A DNA stretch of 64,000 nucleotides, taken from assembly GCA_964234715.1 (NCBI GenBank), contig OZ174280.1. One strand, given 5' to 3'. The first letter of the stretch is position 1. Every line of letters begins with the position of its first letter. Positions 50,851-64,000 of this stretch are shown here, one piece after another. Under the pieces are notes generated by a model. The model did no database searches. It was not told the origin of the DNA and saw nothing but the letters and a program-made list of their open reading frames with translations. Position numbers and translations under genes: made by a program. This DNA is from Podarcis melisellensis (lineage: Eukaryota).

Positions 50851-52276
50851 TGCAAAATATTATTTAAATCATAAAGCAACTCCCCATGCATGAGACATAT
50901 CTTTGTAAATGCCTTTCTGATGCACACAGGTTTTACATTTTTAGGTGTACACACTGAACTTCTCTCTGTACATGCAAAAAGAAGTAAAGGGGGAATGTGG
51001 CTTGGGAAAGTCCCTAAAAGTGAGTTTCAACATCCCATTGGCAAAACAGGAATATAAATGCCTTTCTTTAGAGGGATGTAATGAGGTTGAGTGACCCAAG
51101 ACTCGTACAGCATGTTATTAATAACGTAGCATATCTACTATATATGCACTGTGTTGATGGCCTAGAAAAATATGTACAACAGTAAATGTAGCTGTTATCG
51201 ATGGCAGAAATCTGAAACAAAGGATTCTGCTCTGACCTTTCCATCTTCATAATACACACTATATGAATCCTTGAAATATTTGAGTGGGAAAGTATAAAGT
51301 TCAAAGCCAAAGCCAACCCTGCACAAATCTGTCCATTGTTTTTTATGCTGTCTGGATTGTGCATTTTCTAGGAGAGTTTCCACCTAGGGGGAAGTCAAAG
51401 GATCTTCTTCCTTATCAGAGCTGATGCTCTCTGAACAAGTGTATAGTATTTCTGCAGCTGACCTACATCAAATGCATTCTTCTGATAACCCGTATCAATC
51501 CATATGCTGCATTTACCAACCACTTCAACAGGGATCATCAACCCAATGATGAAAGAGAAATACAGCAAGGAAATCTGTTATCTGGCTTGTGAGCTGTAAG
51601 TCATGAGAAGTGCGTGCTGACAGGTCACACTGCCATTGTCCTTCCGCAGTACTCCAATCAGCCTGGTTTGTGAATAGTTCCACTGCTATCTTGGAATTGG
51701 CCAGGCTCAGAGCTAAGAGAGGCAGACTATTCTTGAAGCCTGTAAACAAAAATACCATGGGAGATAGGGAGCAAGAGAATGGACGCATGATAACGTGTAT
51801 CTCCCTGCAGATTAGTGTTGCTATAGACAGGACCTTGGACTCCCAGTGGAGTTGGAGGGGGTGCCATTCGACAGATCAGTGGAAGCTCAGCACGGGTTAG
51901 AATGTTTGCTAGCCCTAACATTAAGCAAACAATGCAAACAATCTTGCAGATGTTCTGCAGTCAAGGAAGCGAAGAAAGAGTGCCTATGTATATAGCAGGG
52001 CAAACCACTTGTATGGAGGTCACTACTCTTTTTTTTATATAAAACAGATAATTGTTAAAATAGTCAAGGAACTTGTCGTCTTTATTCTGTTTGTGATTTG
52101 TTATAGTCTTCCTGTCTTATGAACTTCTGTTTCTAGTAGAGGATAAGAATGACTATGCTGACCAAAGACACTCAGTAAAACATTAAAAACTTATAGTCTT
52201 TCACATCTGACACTCTGGTTTGGTCATAGTGCTAAACTATAGTCCAATATTTTGAGGATCTAAATGATCTTTAGAA

Positions 52277-52976
52277 CAGGGTGGAGAACCTCAGGCCAGG
52301 GGGCTGAATGTGGCCTTTAAGCCTCTCTAAACAGACTAAGGGATGCGGCTGGCGCTGTGGGTTAAACCACAGAGCCTAGCACTTGCCGATTAGAAGGTCG
52401 GCAGTTCAGATCCCCATGATGAGGTGAGCTCCCATTGCTCGGTCCCTGGTTCTGCCAACCTAGCAGTTCGAAAGCACATCAAAGTGCAAGTAGATAAATA
52501 GGTACCGCTCCGGCGGGAAGGTAAACAGCATTTCCATGCGCTGCTCTGGTTCGCCAGCAGTGGCTTAGTCCTGCTGGCCACATGACCCGGAAGCTGTACG
52601 CCGGCTCCCTTGGCCAATAAAGTGAGATGAGCGCCGCAACCCCAGAGTCGGCCACGACTGGACCTAATGGTCAGGGGTCCCTTTACCTTTAATCAGACTA
52701 AGCCATGCTGCCTCCCCAGGCTGTACCATTCGCCGGTCTTGCTCTGTTCCATCCTTGAGCGCTTTTGCCTGCCTGGAATGGGTGGACAGAGAGGTATGTG
52801 GTGGCATGTTCTGAAACCTCTGACGTTGTGGCTGAACATTGTACAAAGATGAGCCACATCTGTTGCTCCACCCACTTTTGCTGCCTCTGGATCCACGCAC
52901 CACTGGTACGTGGCCCCTGGAAAGCTCCACACTAGGGAAATGCAGCCCTGAGTCTGAGAAAGGTTCCTTTCCCCGT
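52277..52976. mobile_element. hAT-like non-autonomous transposon split by a Sauria SINE
   Basis: Degenerate TIRs CAGGGTGGAGAACCT ... AGGTTCCTTTCCCCG enclose the SINE. Confidence 0.55.
52340..52691 (+). mobile_element. Full-length Sauria SINE (second subfamily)
   Basis: GGGATGCGGCTGGCGCTGTGGGTTAAACC head, ggtcaggggtccctttaccttta tail, 9-bp TSD CAGACTAAG (52332-52340 and 52694-52702). Confidence 0.95.
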
Positions 52977-53068
52977 CTTTAGTGTCAACAGAAGCTGAAA
53001 ATAAGGGGTGAGGGGAGCTAGGCCATCTCCTGATACAAAAAGATTTTAAACTGTGCAGAGGGCATCAG

Positions 53069-53134
53069 CTTCCTGCATTGCTGGGGGCTGGAATAGATGA
53101 CTCTCAGGACCCGACCCTACAATTCTATGATTCA
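53069..53134 (+). mobile_element. Short CR1 3'-terminal fragment
   Basis: ttcctgcattgctgggggctggaatagatgac...caattctatgattc, with the CR1 ATTCTATG tail. A similar copy lies at about 53680-53750. Confidence 0.65.
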
Positions 53135-53347
53135 TTTCTAAATGCTTTTCCAACATTAAGACAGAACAGAAATTCATATCGAGTTCGTTTTTCCTTTATC
53201 CAGTGGACTCAAAATCCACATGACTAAGTGAAATTGTGCAACCTGTCAGCATCTATCCAGCAGCAAGAAAAAAAAGAAAAAGAAGGCAGTTGCTCAACAG
53301 GGGACTTCCAAACAATGTAACATCACTTAACAGCTTTTATCCTAGTG

Positions 53348-53544
53348 TAGGGGTCAGCAATCTTTTAAAGCCCATGTGCAAACTGTCATGGGCACTACAG
53401 GCGTGCATGCACACACTGCTATCCATTCTAGTGGTTACAGTACAATGCTTCTTTTTTAACCTAATTCAGCAGAGCGTGGGGACCGTGTCCTGGAAGGCCT
53501 CTGCGGGTGCCCTGCACCCATAGGTGCCACAGGGGTGACTCCTG
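53348..53544. mobile_element. hAT MITE
   Basis: Termini TAGGGGTCAGC/GGTGACTCCTG with TSD tcctagtg/tcctagtt. Confidence 0.6.
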
Positions 53545-54518
53545 TCCTAGTTGCAGCTATAGCTAGAGTGGAATATATGATGAGGTCCCAGAGAGTGAAC
53601 AGCAGTGCAGTCCTGGGTTTCTAGTAAACATGTTAATTCAGGGTCCTTTTGAGGTGAAACATCTGTGAAAATGTGGGCAGGATTTTTGCACTGCCGGGGG
53701 GGAGGGGCTAGACGACCCTCAGGACCCCTTCCAACTCTACAGTTCTAAGAGTCTTGGCAAGATGGTTGGGATCACATATGCCTGGCCCCTGTCTATCTCA
53801 GAACACTACACAGAATTGTGAATAAATATAAATACCTTCAGAAGAGTTCAGACTGAACAAAGAACAAATCTTTACAGAGCTTGAAAATTTCTGCCAAAGA
53901 TAACACTTAATATCTGTATGTTTGTTCATTTCATTCCTTAGATGCTCCAGGAGGAGGGCAGTTTAAGCTGCACATTCTAAAATAAATTAAAATCGCAGAA
54001 ACAGCTTGCACTGCATGGTTTGTTGACCTCATAACACCTTCAGAGCAATACACCCTTCCGTCTTTTCTCTTTTGATTTAAATGAACATTTCCGCGTGCTT
54101 GAAAAGAAGCAAGTCTTAACCAGTCTTAAAAGGGTTTTGTTCGCCATTAAGATTTGCTAAAATAAACTAGGAAGAAATAGGGAAATATGAGCCTGGCATT
54201 TTATTGCTGGCTCCCCCCCCCCCTTTTCTTTTTTTGATAGCTTGCAGTTTTCTCTAAATTGTAGTCTTGCTAATCTCTACAAGTAATATTGTTAAGCTCA
54301 TGTAATGCCAAGTGCCATATTATGAATTTCTGGCAGATTTTGCTTATCTGGTGTCCTTCAAATGTTTTGCACTGTAAGTACCATCAGCCTCAGCCAGTCC
54401 CAAACGTCTGGAGGGTACCAGATACAGTAGATTAGATATATGTTATGATGCATGCTCTACAAACCATTTTGCCATGTGTACACAACTTTAGAAGAATATA
54501 ACTACTGTATACCCAAAT

Positions 54519-54632
54519 CAGGGATGAGGAATTTATGTTGCTGGACACAACTGCTATTAACCCAACCACTGGCCACGTTAGCTGGGGATGAGAGTCCAAT
54601 AACATCTGGAGGGCAATAGTTTCCCCATCCCT
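54519..54632. mobile_element. Palindromic hAT MITE
   Basis: Termini CAGGGATGAGGAA/TTCCCCATCCCT with TSD acccaaat/acccaaac. Confidence 0.65.
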
Positions 54633-55903
54633 ACCCAAACAAAAAATCAAAACAGAGTGGGGCTTTCCCCCCATAATCTATTGCAATTTAGTTACTTGCT
54701 CCTCCCCAACACAATTAAACTTTTCCCTCCTGCTTACATTCACCATGCTTCCAAGTTATGCTAACTGGGTTCAGATTGAAAAGAATGGCAAATGCATTTG
54801 CCATGATGCAGCAGACCTTAGCCTGTCCCTCTGCAATCAACAGAATGGGACTCAGTCAAGAGTAACCTAAAGCCAACTGTGTAAGTTAATCGTGTCTAAC
54901 GTTTGCTGAAATGTGCCCAGAATGCAATGCTAGAAAACTAGCATGTGTTTGGAAGAAGGAAGGATCTGCACCAAAAAGCAGAGAAGAGAGAAGCTAAACT
55001 GTAAAAAGAATAGAGCGAAAACTCCCTAAAGCTGATTCTGTAAGCTTTCAAACAAAACCATGCTGTTCTGAGTACTACTTCATTGCATCTATCCAATATA
55101 TTTCTGCTCCTCTCCCAGAGCTCCGGATGCCTCTTCGACCCAAAACTGCTCTTGAGCAAAGCCAAACCTCAACTTTGCCACTGAAAAGCTTCTTTGTTTG
55201 CCATCTCTTTCCAATTCAGCATATCCTGTGACTGAACCCTGCAGTACAGTATAATACTCACAGGCCTTGGCAGCTGGAGAGTCTGCTAGCAGGTCTATGG
55301 TTCCCATAATAGCTTTCCAAACTTCAATGCCGGAGTATATTTACTATTAAGGAACTCTTTCCGGTGAGAGGCGGGGGACAGGGTGTGCAGGCAGGGAGAA
55401 CAGAAAAATTAACAGAGTAGGAAGAAAGAGACAATATTACAGAACGACTTCAAAAACTTTTATCCTTAATTACTACCAGAGATCTAAAGGCATTTTCACC
55501 CCAGGTTAAATGATAAGAGGTAACCAGCCTCTAGCAGCATCTGTTGAAGATGCAACATAAAGATGGAAATAGTTTGTTTTGTTTCTTTAAAGATGCCATG
55601 TTGGGTAGCAACCATATGTTTGGCCCAAGGTCTTTGTGCTGAAGTCCTTTGCTTTTTTCCCCTGAATTAATTTTCAAGTCCTTATCATTTCTTGCAAACC
55701 TGATAAATACATGCTTTAGGGTTTGAAATCCAAACAACACACAGTTCAAATTTCCCATGAGTTACTAAAGTTGTCATTTCTAAATGGTCTTTTGCATTAC
55801 TGGGTTTGACTATCACAGAGTGAGTGCAGGCCAAGAAATGGTCACAAACATGAAATGTCATCTTTTATAGGAAACTAAATATGAGGATTAATTAAGGTCA
55901 ACT

Positions 55904-56390
55904 AGCAGAGACATCACCTTGCCAACAAAGGTCCGTATAGTTAAAGCTATGGTTTTTCCAGTAGTGGTGTATGGAAGTGAGAGATGGACCATAAAGAAGG
56001 CTGATTGCCAAAGAATTGATGCTTTTGAATTATGTTGCTGGAGGAGACTCTTGAGAGTCCCATGGACTGCAAGAAGATCAGACCTCTCCATTCTTAAGGA
56101 AATCAGCCCTGAGTGCTCACTGGAAGGACAGATCCTGAAGCTGAGGCTCCAGTACTTTGGCCACCTCATGAGAAGAGAATACTCCCTGGAAAAGACCCTG
56201 ATGTTGGGAAAGATGGAGGGCACAAGGAGAAGGGGATGACAGAGGACGAGATGGTTGGACAGTGTTCTCGAAGCTACCAGCATGAGTTTGACCAAACTGC
56301 AGGAGGCAGTGGAAGGCAGGAGTGCCTGGCGTGCTCTGGTCCATGGGGTCACGAAGAGTTGGACATGACTAAACGACTAAACAACAACAA
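55904..56390 (+). mobile_element. 5'-truncated BovB (RTE) LINE 3' end
   Basis: Track ORF 55919..56239 (PTKVRIVKAMVFPVVVYGSERWTIKKADCQRIDAFELCCWRRLLRVPWTARRS...LQYFGHLMRR) is the BovB RT C-terminus, with a premature stop. (CAA)n tail. Confidence 0.95.
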
Positions 56391-56443
56391 TAAAAAGCTC
56401 AACATATGCATTCAGCTTGGAACTCTGCTGAATTACTCTTCCT

Positions 56444-56744
56444 AGTGTGTACCTGGACTCACATGTGTGCAGCCAGCACGCATGTATGTTCATATACTGA
56501 GAGAGCTTTAGGATCTGTTGCTGGAGTAATGACATGTGCTTGTTATGCCCACAGGAAGCTCTCACACAGAGGAATAAAGAAAGCTTGGTTTATTATATGA
56601 AATAGGAGTGACAGAATATATTAAAATGCTGCTTCAGACGGCAAAGTTGCAATCTAAGCAGGCAGCAAATTCTGCAATACACAACAGCATGTATATGAAC
56701 ATACACGAGTGCCGGATGCTCACGTGTGAGTCCAGGTACACACT
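56444..56744. mobile_element. MITE-like element with 54-bp terminal inverted repeats
   Basis: 56444-56497 matches the reverse complement of 56691-56744 at 48 of 54 positions. Confidence 0.7.
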
Positions 56745-58809
56745 TCTAACACTATATGCATAAACTCTGCCTGTTTCCATTCCAGCCACCTGTTTCTACT
56801 GGGTGGGGCTGCACATGGAAGGGCAACTGTCACTCTCCTGCATATGAAAAGTCCTTAAACAAGTTGAACCATTGATCCAACTATCTAGGAACCCTTTAAC
56901 AAAACTACAACAACTTCGGTCCCAGTGACACAAGTGGAAGATCAAAATCAGGAAGAAGCATTCACAGGTGATAGCTGGAGTCTGCTATGATGGTTTTGTA
57001 AACAAAAGCAGCACTAACATCATTTTTACTAATGGTTAAATGTAAACAATTGTCCAAGCTAAGCTAGGGCACATTAAAGTGGGTTTATAAACAGATCCTT
57101 CTAAGTCCAAGCAGGCGAGCGTTGCCACGCTAATCTCCTAATCCTTCCACTCTGCTATCAAAACTATTGGGGGAGGGATGTGAGCTATGCACCCCAGTGG
57201 ATGTGCTGAATCAGTTCATCGGAACCACACTCTCCAAGCATTTCCTACTCCCCACTGAAACTAATTTATCAGCTGATGCAAAGCCTATTGATGTCCCATA
57301 CCAGTTCTCACTGCAAAGAATTGTGCTTTTGAATCTCCCTGCTCTAATAATTACAGAGAATCAGGAACAACCGCAGCCAAGGGGAAAAATCCAAGTCACA
57401 TCCAACAGTTTTAATCGCTCTTGGTATCCACACCATACTGCCAATTTCGCAGTGGTGAAGACTCACTGGTTTGTGACCAACTGCAGAGGCCCTTATCCAG
57501 GATCCAAATAAACAGGAATTATGTGGTTCATTTAAACAAGAGGTAAGATTCAAAATAGCAACATGTGGCAGGCAGTGATAATTATCAGGATTGCAGGGAG
57601 GGTGCGATTTAAGTCTTGGCGCCAAGGGGACAGTGTCTCCTAATGCAAATAGTACCTCCAGATGAAAGATTTTCTATGGGGAAGCAGCATGAAATGAAAG
57701 GGTTAAAAATCCCTTTCCCCACTGGCTGCTATCCTGATAACTATTAGCTCTCCCCCAGCTATTATCTGCATTAAAAAACAACAACAACCATGTGGGTTAA
57801 ATGCAAAGCCTGATTTAATGCCTAATTTGGCCCTCAGACTGATCACCTTTAAAGGCTAATCATGCACATGCCAGGGAATTAGTTGAAGACGATGCTTGCT
57901 GGTGTGTAGTCTGCTCTGTGATGCCAGAAAAAGAAAAGGCTGGGTTTTGGAATACATTGCCTAGGACAGACATAGCCAAATCTTCAGAAAGCTTCTTTGT
58001 AACCTTAAAACGTGTGAGGATATTTCTCTCTCCCCTTAAATGGGCTCCCTCCAAAATTCTATTTGACTTTTCCATGGGTTTGTGTTTGTGAAAGATTCAT
58101 GCCAAATGAGTAAAAAAAAAAAAACCCAAAAGGACGTCACAAAACTTATCCTTTTAAGGGAAAGGAGGGTGAGAGCAAGTATTCTTTCTCAGAAGCTGGC
58201 TCACACGCTACTCTAACCCTTAATGGCATTTCAACAAAGGCCTTGAAATACACAGAACCAAGCGCTCCTTCACACACAAGACTTTTGTCCTCAATAGGTA
58301 CCAGCTCTGTGTAGGAAGGAAGAACTGCACACAAGGTTTTACACAGTAATGTGTACCTGTGACAAAATAGACATGTAGCAATGTGCATTCTTCACAGATG
58401 GTGTACAAGTTTTTGTTCCGTATTGTGACAATTGTAAGTGCAGGAGGAAAACAGCATTTTATCTTATTGATGTCTAATTTGGCCCTCAATCCTTGGTTCT
58501 AGTTTTTCATGAGACAGTCATTAATGTGAATATTTACCTGGCCTCTGGGGGCCCTTCCTCTACTTGACTGAAGAAGCATAAACATCATAATGAGACAAAA
58601 TTGGACTTGTAAACTTCACAAGATTTATTTAATTGAGCACTGGCTTTTCCAAAATCTGAAAAGTGTTGTCTCATAGATGGTAGAGCGAAACCTTCAATAA
58701 GATCAATGCTAACAAGACAGTCTTTAGGGATCCTAGAGTGAAACCAGGGCTTCCATGTCTTTCAGATTAGTTGTCACTTTAGCCTCCCACCATCAGCAAT
58801 AGTGCCTAT

Positions 58810-58935
58810 AGGGGTAGTCAATATTGTGCCCTTCAGACTTTGTTGGACAATAACTCCCATTAGCCCCAGCCAGCATAGCCCATGGTCAGGAATTATGGGG
58901 GCTGTCATCCAAAACATATGGGGGGCACCATGTTG
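58810..58935. mobile_element. Degenerate palindromic hAT MITE
   Basis: gtgcccttcaga..tgttggacaataactcccattagccccagccagcat...atccaaaacatatgggggcacca core. Confidence 0.55.
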
Positions 58936-59920
58936 CTTATGCCCACTTTCATTAACTACAAGGAATGCATTAGTTGGTCTATCTTAATCAAACGCCAGGT
59001 GGTACAAAGTGTGCCAGGAACAGAAGTGACAGTTATTATGATACACCCAAATCATTCTGTCAGGAAATCCATGTCAAAAGGCAAAATAAGGGAACAAACC
59101 AGTGTCACCATCCAATCTTACTAAGGGCAGATGGACTCTACATAGAACCATGAGCAAGATTCAAAGAACAAGGTCCACCAGCAGGACCAAGCTAAACCTC
59201 TGTCCTACCTTACCATTCTTCTCAGACCATCATAGACTTCAGTAAAAGAGGAACAGAAAACAAACCCACAACAAAGAAGAAAGTTCAGGCACTAAAAGGA
59301 TTCAGCTCACCAAGTTGTCAGAGTGGTTTGTGCCTCAGTTACCTTTGGTGACTTGTGGCTTGTGGTTTGTCTGTCTTGTTAAAATAGGAAGTACTTGAGG
59401 TAGCAGACTCTATGCCACCTCCAAACTTCCCATTCTCCTTCTCTCTTACTTGTTTTTTGATAAGCAGCTTCCCAAGATGCGATGAGTCTGTCTTCTTTTC
59501 CCTACCGCTCAGTGCGCGTGCATTGATCAAATTAGTGCCAATCAGAATGTAAGGAGAGGGAAAAGCAATTTCCCTCTTTCTTTGAACCAGGGCAAAAAAT
59601 GAGTGTGGCTGCAGTCTTGGTGCATTTCCTGAGTTTAGCAGCGTTTTAACCCAAATCTTCTGTGGGCCAAATTGGACATGACTATCGTTCATGTGTCCAC
59701 CTATTCAAATGGAAAGTAGGGGATAGAGCTGGCAAAAGGGGCCATTAACCTTTCGCCTCTTATGCCTTACCTCCTGATAGCTGATTGCTCCAGCCAGGTT
59801 TCCACCATTCCTGGCCCCAATACCAGAAGTGGGCTACAAATGGGCAGAAATGACTGAAGTAGTGAACTGGATGGATGTAAGGTATGGCAGGGTTAGAACT
59901 TTTCTAGATGCTTAATTGCC

Positions 59921-59962
59921 ACTAACTAACTAACTAACTAACTAACCAACCAACCAACCAAC
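59921..59962. repeat. (CTAA)n(CCAA)n compound tetranucleotide microsatellite
   Basis: Directly visible. Confidence 0.9.
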
Positions 59963-61708
59963 TACTACCTGCCATCTTCTGCTAGAGTCTTCATATGTCT
60001 TTCCAATAATTGGGGGTGTGAGATTATGCGGGAGAAGGATTTCCACACAGGCCTCAGTGGACTTCAAGTAAAACTGGCGAATACTTGGCTTGGATCCACA
60101 GATATTTTTTTCAATGGAACAAAGTCCACTGATGATTGATGTGAGACTACTCCCAAGTGATTTAGTGAGTCGCATCAATTATCTGTAATCAATTAAAATT
60201 CTTTCTCCCCCCCACTTTTATGAGGGGGGAGACTTTCGGGCAACGAAGCATTTATCCTCTGAGGATCTATGAGGCTGCCTGAGCGAGAAATACTGTTAAC
60301 TGCATTCAAATGACCAGTTTACCAAAACCTTCTGGGAGTATGGTATTCTTTTCTCAATGCTTTCCTCAAAACCATGGCGACAGACTCTCTTTTGCTAAGG
60401 AGATCTTAGCTTGAAGTTCTTGGCCGGTTGCCATGGATACCGGGCTTATACAATGCCTGCACTGAAAAGCAACAGTGGGAAAGACAGCGAGCTCGGGCTT
60501 CTGTGCAAATTACGGACAGCAGGGACTGACCTCTGCTAACAACTTTTGCGGCTGGGGTGGGGGGTTGGGGTTGGAGAATGCCTCCCCTCCCCAGGACTGA
60601 AACCAATTTCAAAGAGTTGGAGCACACACATACTTCACGTTCTGTCCGTTTTTCAGCCCTTTTTGAATTAAATGCTTAACCAAATTCATTAAAAGGAGGG
60701 GGAATCTGCCTCCATTAGGTCTGGAAACAGAATTAATTTGCATGCTTTGGACACTATTTTAGCACAGGCAGAATCAGACCCTTGGGCAACTCAATGGTTT
60801 TCTTAAAAAAAGAAAAAGAAAAAAGGTTTTCAACATGATTGCACTAAGGACCAGTTTAGAAGAACAACATTTTGGGATTTAAACATGGGATACAGTTTTG
60901 CCACTCACTTGTTGTATAGTGCAGTGGGTAGCTAAAAGGTGTGTGTGTGCAGCAATCTGTCAAAATACTAGTATATTACAAGGCAAAGAGTTCCTAAAGC
61001 CACTGTCCACAAAACCTCAAGTTGGTGATCAACAGAAGCACAGCAGTCTAGGCAGCTGATTGCACCAAATAACACAAAATTAGCTTCTGAAGAACCACTG
61101 TTTTCTCTTGAAGTTCCAACTGACAGGTGTCTGTATTATTTATTTATTTTAGAGAGGAAACTTGGAAAGGAATGGAAGGTGATCTCTCTGAACCACCACT
61201 AATACAGGATCCTCTCTAGACAAGTTTCTCAGACTCTGTGACCTTGACTGCCTTCTACTTTCTGCCCTCCTCACGCAATCCAGGGCCACCCTGTTCCACA
61301 GCAAAGCATGCAGAGATCCTTGAAGGCAGACAAAACAACTGAGCCCATTCTCCGTGCTATCAGAGGAAAGTTAGAAATGTACCAATAAGCTCAGTTGTTG
61401 GTTTTGGGGGTGGTTTTTAAAATTTATTCTGGTACTCCCTGCAATATAGGGACGTCATAACACTTTGCACCCTTCCATTCCTGGTGTCAGACTGTAATAC
61501 AAGAGAACGTAGATAAGCATAAATGTGCTTGAAACTTTGAAAAATGTTACTAAAGGCTGGAACTACACTCCCTTTTCTCTAAAGAGAGAGGCATGGGAGG
61601 GGATAGTACACACTGTTTTGTCTAGCACTAGGTCTGCTGTTTTGTCCAGTAATTAGGGCAAGGACCACAAGTTGCCCAGGTGTGAACTAGATGCTAAGCA
61701 ATGCAGCA

Positions 61709-61746
61709 ATGGTTAGCTGCATCAGTGATGGTTAGCTGCATCAGTG
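61709..61746. repeat. Exact 19-bp tandem duplication
   Basis: atggttagctgcatcagtg occurs twice in succession. Confidence 0.85.
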
Positions 61747-64000
61747 ACACAAGATTGCTGTGACAATTATTTTCTTTCACCTGCAGTGCCCTTTCTAGCA
61801 ATTCCAATGCAGCTGGGGATAGGTTATGTGGGGGGCGAGTTGTGTTTGTGTATGAGAGAGTGGGGTTACATGTCTCTTAAGTGTGTGACAGAGGCAGGGA
61901 GGGTGTGTATCTGTGTATGAGGCATACAAAGACATGTGTGTTTGAGAGAGTGAGTGAGAGAGAGAGGGGGGGATGTGGTGGAGAGGGGTACTGCTAGGCA
62001 GTGCCCACTGGCATGTAGTTTCCAACTGACTGCCCACTGCTGCAAGTGTCCCTCAGAATCAAAACAATTGCCCACCTCCTACCATTTTAGCTTACCTATC
62101 CCTTTTACGCACCTGCTAACTTAACATGGCAGGCTAGTTCATTAAAAACAAGCATCAGGTCAAATGCACCAGGGTGAGAATAGACTTCATTTGTGAGGTC
62201 CCTGAATTCACCAGTCCAGGGTCTCTGTCATTTCCCTGCCTATCTGTGCCCTCCTCAACATTCCATCACCCATTTAGTTTCCCAGGATTCATCAGGACTA
62301 CAGCTGACAAAGTCTTCAAAATATAGGACCTTCCATACAACATTGTAAAGGGTGAGTTACCCTACTCCTTTCCTTCCTGCTTCTACTGCTCACTCTGCAA
62401 TGATATCCAAACAGTCGCCTCTTTCCAGTCTCATCAAAATTGTTATTCCTTGCAGGCTGCGCCATGCTGCTGCTTAAAACTCGGCCAAAAGGTACGTAAA
62501 AGACTCATCTGATCTTTGGTGTCTGGAATGAATGTAATGAAAAGAAAGGGAGAGGTTTGCATCATCTATTAATGTCAGCCACAGGTTTCTGACGTTTAAC
62601 CAATAGGTTCTGATTCCATCATTTTAGAAGCACTCTGTTACTTCACCAACACTCCTTTTAACACAATGCAACTTTTAACGCAATGATAACACAATCATGC
62701 ACTGATTCACTTGTCAGATGTTGCTAAACCTTGTCAGCAGCACATTGCCTGTAGGCACTGATAATGCAGAGGAGAGCTAATTCGAATTGTCCCAAGATAA
62801 TTTATTGAGGAAGTCCTCTTGCTAAGCAAACACTCTGTGATGAAATCATATACAATATACACACACAGCTCATTATTTTGCAAGTTGAATCAATTAACTT
62901 CCCCAGCAAAATCAAGAACAAGTAAAGTAAGAATTTTCAGGCTGAGTCATATATCAATGGTCCATAAAACGTATTGACAAAAGATCAGACAAGATGCCTA
63001 AGGCAGGTTCACAATCAGAACATAATAATAGTGATATACATTCCTAATAGTTACACTCCAGCCCAAGGTATGAGCTAAAGGAGTCAACCTGCCAATCTGG
63101 TGCAGTCCATTCATTTTGGACTACAATTTCCATCAGCTCTAGCTCTGAAAAAAAAAATCTCAAAATGGAGACTGAGTTTGGCTTTGGGGGTTAGCTTCCA
63201 CTGACAGGCCTAATACCCAGTCAAACAAGTATCTTTAAAAAAAGCTTATTGGATAACATAAGAAGTAGAGTTTTATGGGGCTCAAGACTGAGAAAGTGAT
63301 TGATTCATTTGATCTACTCCAGTTTGATTTTCTTTTTAATTACAAGTTGTCACTAGAGGGGGCTTTTTTCTCCCTTAACTATGGGCATAAAAACTGTCAG
63401 CCAAATCCATCTAAAGGTTGCTTAACTCTCTGTTTTATCACTTGCCTACTTTTTCAAAGCAATCACAACTTCTGGCAATTTCACATGCTTCTCCTGCTGA
63501 TTAGAGTCCTTAGACTTGTAACTAGTTGAATCATCCACCAATCAAGTGAAAGCTATACCTTCTGAATTTCTTTTGACAGCTGTCAAAACAAAAGCCTCAT
63601 GCACAGAAGCCTGATTAAGGGGCTTAGTTTCCCACCAGCAAAAGAGCCTACACATTGTGGGAATGTATAAACTCTGGTATGCTGAAAGTTGCAAGATATG
63701 CAAGGGATTAAAAAACAGAATGAAATGAAAGCATGTTTGAAATACGGCACAATGCGGTGGCTCTGCAATGTAGGCCTTCAGGTGCTGATCCCATTTCACC
63801 AGATCAATTTTGACAACAGTGAAATTGCAGGACCCTTCCTCAAAAGTTCATGTAAGTACATAAGATTATTTCATGGTATCGCCTTCAAATATGCAAACAT
63901 AAACTACCCTGGGTGTTAAAGCATTCTCCCCAGTGTTTCAGTGATCCATTCTCCTTCCAGCAAAAAAGGAAAATCTGGATGACTGGGGAGTTGTCATCAT

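Noticed and set aside
55888-56352. Longest ORF in the track (154 aa, minus strand)
   Set aside because: Antisense frame of the BovB fragment. A near-identical antisense peptide appears at the other BovB copy.
38397-64000. Search for PLPP3 exon 1
   Set aside because: No MQNYKYDK...KRVLLICLD-like coding segment or host CpG island was found. Exon 1 probably lies beyond the window.

Overview
This is vertebrate genomic DNA, almost certainly from a squamate and probably a lacertid lizard, judged from its Sauria SINEs, Squam-type SINEs, BovB LINEs, lizard-type CR1/L2 and hAT MITEs. One protein-coding gene is well supported: PLPP3 (PPAP2B/LPP3, lipid phosphate phosphatase 3) on the minus strand. Coding exons 2-6 lie at 38396-38239, 27409-27126, 26081-26024, 17681-17505 and 11752-11627. 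All have canonical GT-AG sites and compatible phases, and the C1/C2/C3 catalytic motifs are intact. A ~2.1 kb 3'UTR runs to about 9520. Exon 1 was not found and probably lies beyond position 64000, making intron 1 longer than 25 kb. The rest is intronic or intergenic DNA rich in transposon fragments. I see no convincing wholly new biological system. The most notable observations are: (i) the integrin-binding RGD/RGE motif of mammalian LPP3 is replaced by FNDDE, and an extra N-glycosylation sequon is present; (ii) a perfect 63-bp inverted repeat near the exon 5 acceptor; (iii) a solo LTR with a ~100-codon frame open from its 5' edge; (iv) a young Sauria SINE in the 3'UTR; (v) a proximal AATAAA just upstream of a miR-92-family seed site; (vi) a weak candidate convergent two-exon ORF downstream of the gene. 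Repeat family names and human comparisons come from recalled sequences, not database searches.
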